Shown here: piece by piece, positions 49,990 through 63,562 of the stretch | Numbering within the stretch: the stretch's first letter is position 1 | How the letters are laid out: every line of letters begins with the position of its first letter | Source: Carcharhinus amblyrhynchos | Lineage: Eukaryota | Assembly (NCBI GenBank): GCA_965287045.1 | Contig: OZ336871.1 | Span: forward strand, 106,888,001-106,952,000 | Direction: 5' to 3' | DNA: 64,000 nucleotides | The notes under the pieces: model-generated | What the model was told of the DNA's origin: nothing | What the model saw: only the letters and a program-made list of their open reading frames with translations | The model's database searches: none | Translations under genes and position numbers: made by a program

Positions 49990-50220
49990 GAACAGTGGCT
50001 GTACCATGGTGCCCACGCCTTCAGGCCCCAAGCTCTTGGAAGTTCCTCCCTACACCTCTCTGCCTTTCCACCTTGCTTTCTGCCTTCACAACACATTTTA
50101 AAACCTACCCTTTGACCAAGCATTTGATCACTTGACCTAATATCTTCTTGACACTGCCATATTTTGTTTTCTAATGCTCCTGTAAAGTGCCTTGGGACAT
50201 TTCATTCTGTTAAAGCACTG
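49990..50220 (+). mobile_element. L2-type LINE 3' end
   Basis: ttaaaacctaccctttgaccaagc...cctgtaaagtgccttgggacatt. Confidence 0.6.
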
Positions 50221-50261
50221 TCTCAGTTAAAATTGCTGCTGAACAGATAATTAGGAAAGAT

Positions 50262-50530
50262 TAGGAAATTTTTTTTTCAAAAAAAATTAGGAAAGGGTTG
50301 TGAATCTGCAGGATTCCCTGCCCAGTGAAACAGCTGAGACTATCTCATTGAATGTTCTTAAGGCAAGGATAGATATATTTTTGAACAGTAAAGGAATCGA
50401 GGGTTATTGTGAGCAGCTGGGTAAGTGTAGCTCAGTCCACAAAAAGAGCAACTATGATTTTATTGAATGGCGGAGCAGGCTCAAGGGGCCAGATGACTTA
50501 GTCCTGCTCCTAGCTCTTATGTTCTTATTA
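50262..50530 (+). mobile_element. CR1 3' end
   Basis: NLQDSLPSETAET; tail attgaatggcggagcaggctcaagggg. Confidence 0.8.
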
Positions 50531-51634
50531 GGAAACGGAGGCTCATTTTAATCAATCACCCAAAGTCAAAATTCTTCCAATGTTCTAATTCTCCTTCCTT
50601 TTTCATCACATTGCCACAGTTGCATAATGATCCTATGAATTGAAGTTACTAAGCTACATCATCATATACCAACACATGAGGTTGAATTTTCGTAACTCTT
50701 TGAAGATGGACTCGGAGATGGGAAGACTGGTAATATAGTGGAGGACGCTGTCGAATGCCTTCAAGGGATTTCAGCAAGGCATCACTAGAAGGGAAATGTA
50801 TCGTGTGGTCTAGTCTTAGTTTCACTTCTAGTTTGAGTAAAGCACACACACACATCTCTGTTGCCCTCAAGCTTTGTTTCTTTGTATAATTGTTTCTATG
50901 TGCCTAGTCTTAATAATTTAACTCACAGCATGTTTACCTAATCCATTATGAGTGATTGGTGCCTGTACAATAAATAAGCCAAAGATACTCTGCCATTATA
51001 ATAACATGATGATCAATGGTGGTAAGATAGATGGCAACAAGATTAAGTACAGGTATGACATGGTGAACAGCCTTAAAGCATGCAGTGTTGTATGAGATAG
51101 CACTTAATGTTTTGGTCAGATTGCAGTGAAGTTGCAGCGTGGAGAGTGTTGAAAATGCAGCATGTTAACAGCACAGAAAAACTTTGGAGGCACAGTGCTG
51201 AACTAGTGCTCAAATAAGCAACTGGTAAGCAGACAGATTCCTCAGAGTGAGATTATAGTGTACAGCATGTAAGTTCCATGAGTGAGACTGTGCACCAAGA
51301 GGACTAGCTTCACGTGAACTCTGTCGGGAATTAGAAGTACCAAGGTGTGGGCAGGATGAAAACAGGACAGGAAGAGTCAAACAAAAAGAAACCCCCAAAA
51401 AAGAAAAAAAAAATCAGCCCAGAGAAGTTGTGATTATGGAAGCTTCAGAAGCTGCTGAATGATAATTTGAATAAGAAGCAAAGATGCTGTTACTCCATCA
51501 TGCTCCCTGCCACAACTCAGCATCATGGGCAGAGCTTCAAAAATGTGTGTGGAAGGGGCAACAATGACATTTATCTCAGGTACTACAGGAGAGGGAAGGT
51601 CAAAGGAATATTGTCAGAATGTCCACAAAATTCT

Positions 51635-53600
51635 CCAGTTGAACAGGGTTGCAGTTGGCCTACTATCCAAATTCAATGCTTATACAGCGCGCAGAGTTAC
51701 AGTTTCTCGCTTCAGGTGTGTCCAAACCAGTCAAACAAGCCATAAAATTTCATCTAACAATTGGGAATGAAGATCTACACAGGCTGAACATGTCAGGATT
51801 AACAGCAGAAGGGCTAAATTCTGGCAGCACGGTGGCACAGTGGTTTGCACTGTTACTTCACAGCGCCAGGAACCCGGGTTCAATTCCAGTCTAGGGTCAC
51901 TGTCTGTGTGAAGTTTGCGCATTCTCCTCCTGTCTGCATGGGTTTCCTCCGGGTGCTCCAGTTTCCTCCCACAGTCTAAAGATGTTCAGGTTAGGTGCAC
52001 TGGACATGCTAAATTGCCCCTTAGTGTCAGGGGACACTACGTAAATACTTGGGGTTACAGGGATAGGGCCTGGGTGGAATTGTTTTCAGTGCAGACTCGA
52101 TGGCCAAATGGCCTCCTCTGCATTGTAGGCATTCTATGATTCCATGATGATAAATGATCCCCAAAAGATATGAGCAACATTGGAGGACCAGCTTGAATCA
52201 GATTAAACTTCTTTATTCATTGATTAGAATTCACGTCGACTACAGCCTACAGAATCTGTGGACCACTTTGTCAGCAGATGCAGAGTAAAGGGTAAGTAGC
52301 GTGTTTTTGCAAGCTCAAAGCTTGCAAACAGAATTGTTGAGTTGCTGATTGCATCCGCTCCTCTGACAGCACTCCAGAAAGATCTGCTTGACAAGCTCAA
52401 AATGTATAGCATTCAAGTGCTATCCAAGGATGCATGTTAAGTGTGAATTGATCCTTGTAAGTCCACAACGCTTACAGGTTCAGTTGTTGATGTACTCACA
52501 AGAATACCCATATTGAGCAAGACAGGAGCGATTCTCCCAAAAAAATTCCAAGTGCCAAATTTGTGTGTAAACTGGAGTAACTCCTGTTGATTTTTTTTAG
52601 TGTGATTCTCAGAATGAATCTCCCACACTCTCAGCACTACAGAGTGCCCCAGCAGGATTCACTCTGAAAATCAGTGGGCAGAGATTGGCAGCATTGTGTT
52701 GAACAGGCCACTGTACAACTGTCGACTCCCGATCACTGGCCAGCCCCGCTACCCCGTATTGCTGCCCCCCCCATTCCCTGCTCCCCAACACCCGATCGCT
52801 GGCCTCCGATGCAATTCCCTGCCAGTCCTGATCTCCCCACCACCCCTCCCACACCACCCAGATGGCCAACCCTGATCACCCCCTTCCCTCCCTCTCCCAG
52901 CTATCTTCTGGCAGAGAGGCAGCAGGAAATCCCCACTCCCACCAATCACACTCCTCCAGAGACCCTGCCCCAATAAGCCCTGCCCCCTCTGGCCGTACCC
53001 TGTTGGCATTGCCTGATGCCCAGTGGGCAGTGCCAGTGTGCCTCTTGGGCATTGCCAGCTTGCTGGTTGGGCAGTGCCAAGGGGCCAGGCTAGCAGTGTC
53101 AGGCTGGCACTGCCTGGGGGCACTTCCCTTAACCCCAACCTCTTGAGGTAGCTTCTTTGGCCTCATTTCCCTCCAGCGGGGTCAGCTGCCTGTTCCCCAT
53201 TCAGGGAGAGCTGTTGTAAACCCCACTGGAGGGAACCACTCATGGTGAGGCAGGAGAGAGATGCTAGTGGGGCTAGAGGCTTCAGTCCTGGGCCCACTAA
53301 TCATATTTAAATGCTGATTTAAATACTGGAATCAGCTCCGCACTGAGCTGATTAGTCCAAAAATCTTGGAGCTGAAGATGCACGGAGGCCATGACCCTCA
53401 GGGGGGAGCCTGCTAAATGGCCCCCATTGATGTCTCCTGGCCCATTGCACTGCTAAACAGTGCAGTGGGCTGGGAGAATTGCTTCCAACACGTGGAAGGT
53501 GTGGACCTCTGCAAGTACACGGGAAATGCTCAACTTTTCATCAATCCTGCCCAGTTTGTGACAGGTAGAGCCAGTGGTAGCGCAGGCGCACTGGAGAAAA
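51635..53600 (+). mobile_element. Gypsy gag relic interrupted by HE1 (51823-52147) and a TIR element (52524-53486)
   Basis: IGNEDLHRLNMSGL|DPQKI...QPTESVDHFVSRCR...LQKDLL; degenerate GRCG...CP...HW knuckle after 53487. Confidence 0.65.
52524..53486. mobile_element. ~960-bp GC-rich non-autonomous TIR element
   Basis: aggagcgattctccca ... tgggagaattgcttcc; co-linear with 62547-63562. Confidence 0.75.
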
Positions 53601-54071
53601 GGTTGCTGCAGCTACAAAGAGCCATGCACTGATCGAAATAGACCGTACACAATTGGTATCTTCAAGCAGTAAGAACACCATCTGTTATCCCGTCAGGAAC
53701 ATTTATATGAGGTGGCTGATAAGCCAGAAAATGACAATGATGTGCATCACGTGGTTGAATAAATTGGCTCTTCAGGATCTTGTGTGTTTCAATGAGATAT
53801 CACCTCTCATCCTTTTAAACTCCAGAGAACATAGGCTCAATTTACTCAGCCGCTGACCATCGAACCATTCTCTCTTCCCAGGGACCAATTTAGTGAGCCT
53901 TTACTGTACTTCCTACAATCAGCACTCTGAGTGCACCTATATTAGTTGGATTGTAGTGGTTAAAGAAGACAGCTGATCAACACCTTATCCAGGGATATTC
54001 ACACATAGATGAATAAAACGCCTACTAAGATGGCATTTTAAGCATCTAAATGTTGTCGTACAAAAATGACA

Positions 54072-54385
54072 GGGCGGCACAGCAATTAGCACTGCTGCTT
54101 CATAGTGCCAGGGACCTGGGTTCCATTGCCAGCTTGGGTCACAGTCTGTGTGGAGTTTGCACATTCTCCCTGTGTCTGCGTGGGTTCCATCCGGGTGCTC
54201 TGGTTTTCTCCCACAATCCAAAAATGTGCGGGTCAGGTTGATTGACCTTGCTAAATTGTCTCTTAGTAGCAGGGGGACTAGCTAGCGTAAATGCATGGGG
54301 TTACGGGGATAGGGGCTAGGTGGGATTGTGGTCAGTGCAGACTCGATGGGCTGAATGGCCTCCTGTGCACTGCAGGATTCTATGA
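54072..54385 (+). mobile_element. HE1-type V-SINE
   Basis: Head, core, tail. Confidence 0.88.
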
Positions 54386-55100
54386 ACAAGAAATATTGCA
54401 ATTTTGAAATCCTGGAAAAAAGATGAGTTTAGAATAGGATATTTTGCCTTAAGTCTTCAATATAGTGAGTTTACAGTGAAGGTAGTCTTTCTGAGCCCTC
54501 CCCAACAGGGATATGTCCACATGCTTATTAAAATATCGTCAGCAGTGTCCATGAGTTTCCAGGGCCCATTAGTGGTTTCAAATTTTACCTTCTTGTTCAT
54601 ATTTGGATATATGTTGCTTGGGAAAATTTGAGAGGAAGTTTAAATGAACACCAACCAATGGAGTTTTGCTGAAAGCACGTAACAAGAATTAGATTCAATT
54701 CTAAATAATGCTTAATCAGAACAAAATTAACTGCCACTCTTTTGATACTGGTACAATCAACTCAGTTCTGCAGTCCAAAATTATTGGTCAATTTAATAAA
54801 CCTCTTATTCCTGAAGGTCCCTGGATCGATTCTGGTGCAGTCTGTAAACAAAATCACTTTAAAGCTGTGATTATGTAATGGGGGTCTTTGGCCTGTAGCA
54901 GTTTTCTAATACTTTCAAGCCTTGCTTCAATTACAGTGTTCAGATGGAGTATTGAACACTGCTGGATCAAACAGAAGTTGTTTGTTTCCATGCATACAAA
55001 GCAGCACTGAACTTGAGACCCCACTCCAGCCCAGTATACTAGGCTAGATTTGTGTTACCCTGTGTAAATATTGTATACCCAATTGGAGAAATAAGCTGCA

Positions 55101-55396
55101 GGGTGGCATGGTGGCACAGCGGTTAGCCTTCAGTTGTTATTGCATCAGGTTTGATTCCTGACTTGGGTTACTATCTGTGAGGAGCTTGCGCACTTTCCCT
55201 GTGTCTGGGTGGGCTTCCTCCGGGTGCTCTGGTTTCCTTCCAAAGATGTGTAGGTCAGATGGGTTAGCCATGGTAAATGTGTGGGGTCATGGGGATAGGG
55301 TGGGAGAGAGAGCCTGGGTAAGATACTTGGTCAGAGAGTCGCCATGGACTTTAATAGGCTGGATGGTTTCTCCTACAATGTAGGGACTCTGTGATT
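55101..55396 (+). mobile_element. HE1-type V-SINE (older)
   Basis: Degenerate head, core, tail. Confidence 0.8.
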
Positions 55397-55864
55397 GCAG
55401 TGCCAGATTTTCACTCATTTAACAATTAATTTTCTGGAAGGTTAAAAGTGCACAATAGACTGCAGTTAATCACATTCAAGATGAAGTAATTTAGAGCTTC
55501 ACAGCGATTCCCAGTTTTTATTCCAGTAAGAGAGTTTAGTTATCCTGGACTGTCAGAAGTGCAGTTAAAGAGTCAAATAGGAAGCAACATTCTGAGCTTA
55601 TTTCCAATTCTTTTCTTGCCTCTCTTGTTTCTGTTTGTTTCTGCATAGTGCAGAATTTAATAAGTGGAATATGTATTCCAGTGACAGAACCAAACGTGTG
55701 GCACTTCCACTTGCGTGTTAAGAGTTCTGTACGCACACAACTGCAATTAAAATTTAAGAGCTCAGCAACGGGCACAGGTGATATAGGTGGTGGGAGCGGG
55801 TGTTCACTGAGGCCCTGCCATCAGCTGACAGTGCAACAGTTCCAGGCAGGCTTTAAAAGAGCCT

Positions 55865-56537
55865 TCTAGACAATTCCCCAAAGCCTGCCAACCATCCACA
55901 GGACTGCAATGGAATACTTTTCAGTTGCTTGGATGTGCGTAGCTCTATCAACACTCAAGAAGCTTGACATCAACCAGGACAAGCAGCCCACTTGATTGAC
56001 ACCCCCATCCACCATCTTCAACTTCCATTCCCTCCACCACCAATGAACAGTGGCAGCAGTATATATTCCCCATAAGATTGTCGGCAAGGTGCATTTTCAC
56101 AATTCATCGAGTCTCTGTCAACAGTACATTCCAAACAGATGACAATTGGGGAGGAGAAGGCCAGTAGATCCATAGAAACGTCATCAGCTTCAAGCATCAC
56201 ACCATCCAACCATATCACCATTCATTCACTGTCACTGGGCGGGATTTTATGGCCTTGCTCATCCCAAAACTGTAAAATCCTGCCTGAGGTTGACAGACCT
56301 TTCCAAGGTCTGCCCCTTGCCTGCTCTGATTCCTGTGGTGGGAGGGGTGGAAAACTTATGGCCACTGTGCCAAAATCCTGGAGCTCCTTCCCTAACAGCA
56401 CAATGGGTGTATCTATATTACAGGGATTGTGGCGGTTCAAGAAGGTGGCCCAACACCAGCCTCTCAAGGGCAATTAGAGATGGGTAATAAATGCTGGCCT
56501 AACCAGTGACAACCACATACTGTGAATGAATGAAAAG
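55865..56537 (+). mobile_element. CR1/L2-clade LINE 3' end with MITE insertion (56237-56363, TSD ACT)
   Basis: gtc-ACT-[gggcgggatttt...aaaacttatggcc]-ACT-gtgcc. Confidence 0.75.
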
Positions 56538-56544
56538 AAACATA

Positions 56545-58332
56545 TATTAGGCAGAAGAAAAGGCTGAACAGTTTTCCACCTTTGCTATCTCAGACACATC
56601 TTCAGCATCTCTTGACAGGACAAGCTGACCAACTCAGAGGTGCTATTTGCATTACCTTATACCTATTGCAAAACCACTGATGTCTGTAATGGCTCAGTCA
56701 CTCTAATCAGATGGATGATGCCTGTATACCCAAAAACCTTCTGTGTGGTGAGCTGGCCACTGGATCGTAACACCCACATATCTTTTCCAAGGATATTTGC
56801 AAAGCAAGACATGAAAATGGCAAATATTGACACTGAACGCTGGTAGACAGTTGCAGCACGGTTTCATTAAAGGGAAGTCGTGTCTGACAAATTTACTGGA
56901 GTTCTATGAGGATGTGTCTAGGGCGGTGGATAGAGGAGATCCGGTGGATGTGGTCTTTCTAGATTTTCAGAAGGCGTTTGACAAAGTGCCTCACAAGAGG
57001 TTATTGCAGAAGGTCGAGGGACATGGAGTTGGGGGTAGGGTGTTAGCGTGGATAGAGGATTGGTTGTCAAATAGGAGGCAGAGAGTGGGGGTCAACGGGT
57101 GCTATTCGGATTGGCGGATGGTGACTAGTGGAGTGCCCCAGGGGTCGGTGCTGGGGCCTCAGCTTTTTACCATTTATATAGATGATCTGGAGGAGGGAAC
57201 CGAGTGTAGAGTGTCGAAATTTGCTGATGACACCAAGATTGGGGGAATGGCAAATTGTGCGGAGGGTGTGGAGAGTCTACAGAAGGATCTAGATAGGCTG
57301 GGCGAATGGGCCAGGAAATGGCAAATGGAATTTAATGTTGGCAAGTGTGAGGTGGTCCACTTTGGTAGGAAGAATGGTAGGAAGGACTATTACTTACGGG
57401 GCGAAAAACTGCAGCAGGCGACGGTGCAGAGGGACCTCAGGGTCCTTGTGCATGAGTCGCAAAAACCCAGCTTGCAGGTGCAGCAGGTGGTCAGGAAGGC
57501 GAATGGGATGCTGGCCTTCATAGCGAAGGGGATTGAATATAAAAGTAGGGAGGTCTTGCTGCAGCTGTATAGGGCATTGGTGAGGCCGCAACTGGAGTAC
57601 TGTGTGCATTTTTGGGCGCCGCACCTGCGCAAAGATATTTTGGCCTTGGAGGGAGTGCAGAGGAGGTTTACTAGGCTGATACCGGAGTTGAGGGGGTTGA
57701 GCTATGAGGAGAGGCTGAATAAACTGGGCTTGTACTCATTAGAGTTTAGAAGAATGAGAGGAGATCTCATTGAGACGTATAAGATGATGAATGGGATGGA
57801 TAGGATAGAGGTGGAAAGACTCTTCCCGCTCAAAAAAGACAATAGGACTAGGGGGCACAGCCTCAAGATAAAAGGGGGGCGGTTTAGAACGGAGTTGAGG
57901 AGGAACTTCTTCACTCAAAGGGTGGTGAATCTCTGGAATTCTCTGCCCGTTGAAGTGGTGGAGGCTGCCTCGCTAAATATTTTTAAGACGCGGGTTGATG
58001 GGTTTTTGATAGGAGAGGGGATTAAGGGTTATGGGGAGAGGGCGGGAAAGTGGAACTGAGTAGCGACAGATCAGCCATGATCTTATTGAATGGCGGGGCA
58101 GGCTCGAAGGGCTGGATGGCCTACTCCTGCTCCTATTTCTTATGTTCTTATGTTCTTATTTCCCTGGTGTGGAAAAATTGAGTGGAAAAGGCATATTTGG
58201 CTGAGATGAGGACTTAGAGAAAACAAAGGCAAGTGACTTGTGCACCTTCTCAACCCACTGTCTTCCTGCAGGAGATGCAACAGAAACTGCCATGTCAGGG
58301 CTAAGCTCCTAAATCACACCAGATGATGTTTA
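56545..58332 (+). mobile_element. RTE (BovB-like) LINE 3' fragment split by a young CR1
   Basis: QDKLTNSEVL...WLSH..MDD..IPKNLL.GELATG...DICKQDMK; C-terminal CRRCNRNCH...NHTR knuckle after 58260. Confidence 0.75.
56854..58159 (+). mobile_element. Young 5'-truncated CR1, uninterrupted RT C-terminal ORF
   Basis: ORF 56827-58059 QHGF...GVPQGSVLGP...FADDTK with no stops; (ttcttatg)n tail. Confidence 0.95.
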
Positions 58333-58583
58333 AGAGTAAAGCTATCGCCATATGAGATGGAAAGCTGTCATTTTGCTTTTGTCTTTCACAATATAATAAA
58401 CAGTGCAATTCACAAAATTAAATGGCATCACTTGCAATCTACTGCTGCTTTACGTGCTGTAAAGGAGCTCTTTTTTGTCCCTGATAGGAGTGAATTGGAT
58501 AGGATAGTTATGATCAACTCACCAGATAAAGCCAATAAGATTTCATGGTCAATGCTTATAAGCATGAGAGTATAAGTGAAATC

Positions 58584-58845
58584 TGTGGTAGCGTGGCCCC
58601 TTTAAGCATGGTTCCTGAGGACCATGTGATCGGACCAGCCCCGATGGAGTGTCAAGATGGGAAACTGAGCCTATCGAGTGCATGGGTGAGTACAATGGAT
58701 CATGGAGCCAATTGGAGCCAGGTAGGAGTGTTGTACAATTGTGTAGTTATTCTGTCAAACCCTATTAGTGCAAATTCTTATTAATTTGCTGGCAATAAAG
58801 CCTTGTGTCTCTGAAGCCTCATCAAGTTGCCCTTGATTTATTACA
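58584..58845 (+). mobile_element. 262-bp solo LTR
   Basis: TGTGGTA...TATTACA ends, AATAAA at 58794, 5-bp flanks aaatc/gaatc. Confidence 0.7.
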
Positions 58846-58869
58846 GAATCACTGGTCAATGATTAATTA

Positions 58870-59262
58870 TAGAATTACAAAATCATTGCAGCACAGTGAA
58901 AAGACATTCAGCGTGTCTGCACTGGCTTTCCCAATGATCAGTTCGCCTAGTGCCATTCCCCTGCTTCTGCCCATAATGCTGCATATTTTATCTTTTCAGG
59001 TAATCATCCAACTCCCGCTTAAATGCTTCAGTTGAATCTGCCAGGCACTGTATTCCAGATCTTAACAAGTCACTGTGTGAAAAAGTTTCTCCTCATGCCT
59101 CCACTGCTTTTTTTGCTAATTATCTTAAATCTGTGTCTGTCTTGATTCTTCCATCAGTTGGAACAATTTTTGCCCATCTACCCCCTGCAGGTCCTCATGA
59201 TTTTGAACACCTCTATCAAATCTCTGCTCACATTTCTCTTCTCCAAGAAAAACAGCTCCAAC
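58870..59262 (-). mobile_element. Old CR1 3' fragment
   Basis: cactgtgtgaaaaagtttctcc; ttttgaacacctctatcaaatc. Confidence 0.7.
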
Positions 59263-59646
59263 TTGTGAAAAGAATTTGAGTTGTTTTCCTGCATTTTTCT
59301 CACAGTATACTCATATTGCCTGTTCAATTCACCTACATGACATACCTTAGCACTTTTGGTGGGGATGGGGAATTATTTTCATGCTACAATAATGGAAAGC
59401 AATAACAATAAAAAATGTCCTACAATCAATTTGTTTCAATGCAGACTAAATTACAGCATGTAGCTCGGACATTATATTCCATTTCATTATGTTTCAGGCC
59501 ACAGCTCATTTATATTCTGAAGGTGTTAGCTACTGAGCTACTCAGAGCCATCTTTCTGAAAATCCAACCTCTATTCAAGTGTTCTTTGTATCCCTGGAGA
59601 TAATGGGGGTGATTTTTTCGACTCCTACATGCTTGGTGCATCTCAT

Positions 59647-60905
59647 GGAACATAGAACATAGAACATTACAGCGCAGAACAGGCCCTTCGGCCCACGATG
59701 TTGCGCCGACCAGTTAAAAAACAATGACCCACTAACCTAAACCAATCCCTTTTCATCCATAAACCTATCCACGGATCTCTTAAACGCCCCCAAACTAGGC
59801 GCATTTACAACTGCAGCAGGCAGGGCATTCCAATCCCTCACCACCCTCTGGGTAAAGAACCTACCCCTGACATCCGTCCTATAACTACCCCCCCTTAATT
59901 TAAAGCTATGCCCCCTCGTGCTAGATTTCTCCATCAGAGGAAAAAGGCTATCACTATCCACCCTATCTAAACCTCTAATCATCTTATATGTTTCAATAAG
60001 ATCCCCTCTTAGCCGCCTTCTTTCCAGCGAAAACAACCCCAAATCCCTCAGCCTCTCCTCATAGGACCTCCCCTCCATACCAGGCAACATCCTGGTAAAC
60101 CTCCTCTGCACCCTCTCCAAAGCCTCCACATCCTTCCTGTAATGTGGGGACCAGAACTGCACACAGTACTCCAAGTGCGGCCGCACCAGAGTTGTGTACA
60201 GTTGCAACATGACGCTGCGACTCCTAAATTCAATCCCCCTACCAATAAACGCCAAGACACCGTATGCCTTCTTAACAACCTTATCTACTTGATTCCCAAC
60301 TTTCAGGGATCTATGTACACATACACCTAGATCCCTCTGCTCATCCACACTATTCAAAGTCCTCCCGTTAGCCCTATACTCGACACATCTGTTATTCCTA
60401 CCAAAGTGAATTACCTCACACTTCTCCGCATTAAACTCCATCCGCCACCTCTCGGCCCAGCTCTGCAACCTGTCTAAGTCTTCCTGCAAACTATGACACC
60501 CTTCCTCACTATCTACCACACCTCCGACTTTGGTGTCATCAGCAAATTTACTAATCCACCCAACTATACCCTCATCCAGATCATTAATAAAAATTACAAA
60601 CAGCAGTGGCCCCAAAACAGATCCCTGAGGCACACCACTCGTAACCGAACTCCATGATGAATATTTACCATCAACCACCACCCTCTGTCTCCTATCCGCT
60701 AGCCAATTCCTGATCCAATTCCCTAGATCACCCCCAATCCCATACATCTGCATTTTCTGCAGAAGCCTACCATGGTGAACCTTATCAAACGCCTTACTAA
60801 AATCCATATACACCACGTCCACTGCCTTACCCCCATCCACCTCTTTGGTCACTTTCTCAAAAAACTCAATAAGGTTAGTAAGGCACGACCTACCCGCCAC
60901 AAAAC
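59647..60905 (-). mobile_element. Young 5'-truncated CR1 (second subfamily), 387-aa open RT C-terminus
   Basis: ORF 59737-60900 without stops; (gttctat)n tail. Confidence 0.95.
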
Positions 60906-60908
60906 AAA

Positions 60909-61229
60909 GGGCGGCACGGTGGCACAGTGGTTAGCACTGCTGCCGCACAGTGCCAGGATTTCAGGTTCAATTGCAGCCTCAGGTCACTGTCTGTGTGGAG
61001 TTTGCAATTTCTCCCTGTGTCTGCGTGGGTTTTCGTCCAGGTGCTCTGGTTTCCTCCCATACTCCAAAGATGTGCAGAGGGTTAGGTTGATTGGCCATGC
61101 TAAATTACCGCTAGTGTTGGGGGATTAGCAGGGTAAATGAGGGTTACGGGAATAGGGCCTAGGTGGGATTGTGTTATGTACCAACTCGATTGGCCAAATG
61201 GCCTCCTTCTGTATGAAGGGATTCTATGC
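60909..61229 (+). mobile_element. HE1-type V-SINE, full length
   Basis: Starts gggcggcacggtggcacagtgg; ends gggattctatg. Confidence 0.9.
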
Positions 61230-61439
61230 CAATTCCAGGAAATAACAAGCGGGCCTAAAAATTGTGTCTGCACCCGGTGCCAAACAGTTTGCTGTCGCCT
61301 CAACCCCTTTCTACTGGCGCAAACCAGATTGTGCCCAGAAACAGCAGGCTGATTAGTATGACATTGACTTAATTTTGATCTCATTAGCGAGTTTGGTACT
61401 TGATCGCTCCCTCCTCGTGGAATGTTCCCACCTCTCAAT

Positions 61440-61745
61440 GGGCGGCACAGCGGCACAATGGTTAGCACTACTGCCTCACAGCACCAGGGATCTGGATTCA
61501 GTTCCCAGCTTGGGTCACTGTCTGTGCGGAGTCTGCACGATCTCCCCGTGTCTGCATGGGTTTCCTCCGGGTGCTCCAGTTTCCTCCCACAGTCAGAAAG
61601 ACATACTGGCTAGTTGCTAAATTCTCACTCTGTGTAACCGAACAGGTGCCAGAGTATGGCAACTAGGGGATTTTCATTGTAACTTCATTTCAGTGTGAAT
61701 GTAAGCCTACTTGTGACATTAATAAATAAACTTTTAAATTTTAAA
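61440..61745 (+). mobile_element. V-SINE, alternative tail
   Basis: Tail gcctacttgtgacattaataaataaactttt. Confidence 0.88.
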
Positions 61746-62546
61746 CCCTGACGGGACGGCACATCACTACTGGTCTCCATTAGTGGAGACAGGGCGTGAT
61801 GGCCACACGAGGGTGGGGGGAGGCATCAGAGACCATTAAAGCCCTGGGTAGAGGGGGGCAGGGCTGGGCAGTGCCCATCAGGTTGTGCCCACCTGGCACA
61901 TTGACAGCAGCTACCGGACACCATGGAAATGTCCATTGGACACCCTAGCAATGCCCACTATATAGTGTGCTGGGGCAGTGCCAAGGGAGTGGGGCCTGAG
62001 TGGGGATGGGTTCTGAATGGGGACAAGGACAGGGGTCCTGAGTGATGCTATGAAGGGGGCTGCCTGAGTGGGGGAAATGCAGGAGGGGGCTGGACAGGGG
62101 AGGGTCATGCAAGGGGAGGTGGGATGTGAAGGGGTGGAAAATTCCATCCAACATGTAGCAAACCAAAATGTGAGGAAGCATGTACTCAAGAAAATTACTG
62201 TATGCAGTAAATGGATGATCTGAATATGAAATCATGTCAGATTGTAACCAATATCCTTTGCAGAGGTGAAAGAATCTAAGTTCAATTCATTCATTTTTGC
62301 AAATTGGAACATGCTACGATGCAAGCATAACTTGTATATTTCAATATTGACAAATTATTTCATTACTGTGGCATACAGTGGAGAAAGTCTTGAACGCTGG
62401 AATCTTAGGAGAAGAAAACCTTTGCATTTATTATTGAAATTCGAGAGGAAATTAGTTATTTTGGCAGTTGTAGTGAAGAAGAGAGGGCTACTAAATGCAA
62501 ATGATGTTGCTCTTTCTAGCAGCAATTAAAATGAGTGGAAAACTGT

Positions 62547-63562
62547 GGCCAGGATTCTCATAAAAATACTCAAAGTCCCCAGTTTGCGTGAAAATGGCAG
62601 TAATTCCTGCAGTTATTTTTAGTGTGATTTTCAGATTGAATCTCCCACACTCGGTGCGTCATGTGGAGTGCCCTTGCGGGATTCACTCTGGAAATCACAC
62701 GGTGGGACCTATTCCCACTGGAGAGGCCGGCAGCATAGTGCATTGCATGATCTGTCAGCGCTGAGATTGGTACATGCACAGTGGCCCCACACTGCCAGCC
62801 ACCCGACCGCTGACCAGACTCATCACCCTCCCCCTCCCCCTCCCCAATGCAGCCCCTCTGGCTGCCCCCTCCCACCCCTTGATCGCTGGCCCCTTGGACC
62901 TCGCTGGATTACCCTCGATGCTTCCCCCTCTGGCCAACCCTGATCTCCTCGACCACTGGTCAGACCCGAACTCCCTCGACAATCCCGACAGCACCCTCTG
63001 CCCCTCGCAACCCCAGCCACCCCCCACCCGGATGGCCCTTCCCGATCACCTTCCTCCTTCCCGTGATCTCGAATGCAGAGTGGCAGCGGGACATCCCCCC
63101 CCACCCCGCACTTCCACCAATCGATCCCATCCCCAACAGACTCTGGCCCCACTCCCTTGACATTGCCAAATGCCCAGTGGGCAGTGCAGAGGTGCCCTCA
63201 GGGCAGTGGTGGGGCCAGGCTGGGGCACCCCCTCTTACCCTCAACCTTCTGAGGAGGGCCTCAGTGGCCTCTCTTCGTTCCAGTGGGCTTGGATTGCCTG
63301 TTCCCCGTTAGTGAGGAGCAGTTGTAAACCCTGCTGGAGTGAACAATTCCCGGCAGTGGGGGAGAGACGAGTCCGGAGACTTCAGTCCCAGGGCTGCTGA
63401 TAAGATGGATATCCTGACTAGCATATTGAAATCAGCTTCACATCGATTTCTAGCACGGAGCTGTTTAGTCTGAAAATTTGGGTCCCAGAGAAGCCCGGGA
63501 AAGGGCCTCCGCTGATGTCTCCCGGCCCACTGAGCAGTGCAGGGGCTGGGAGAATCGCCTCC
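62547..63562. mobile_element. ~1-kb GC-rich non-autonomous TIR element
   Basis: ggccaggattctc ... gggagaatcgcctcc; co-linear with 52524-53486. Confidence 0.75.

Larger units (their letters stand above)
59605..62149. mobile_element. TIR element hosting nested CR1 and two SINEs
   Basis: gggggtgatttt ... aaaattccatcc with aat/aac flanks; GC-rich internal segments 61230-61440 and 61745-62130. Confidence 0.5.

Noticed and set aside
50945-51075. LTR end plus primer-binding site (aca|tggtgaacagc) upstream of the gag relic
   Set aside because: Too degenerate; no second LTR or convincing tRNA complementarity
56827-58059. 410-aa and 387-aa RT ORFs as domesticated genes or retron-like systems
   Set aside because: Both are 5'-truncated CR1 copies with no true ATG start, no endonuclease and typical CR1 tails
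62570-63400. Cluster of overlapping Pro/Gly-rich ORFs (also 52600-53170 and 8030-8600)
   Set aside because: Expected from stop-poor GC-rich repeat interiors; frames are not conserved between copies
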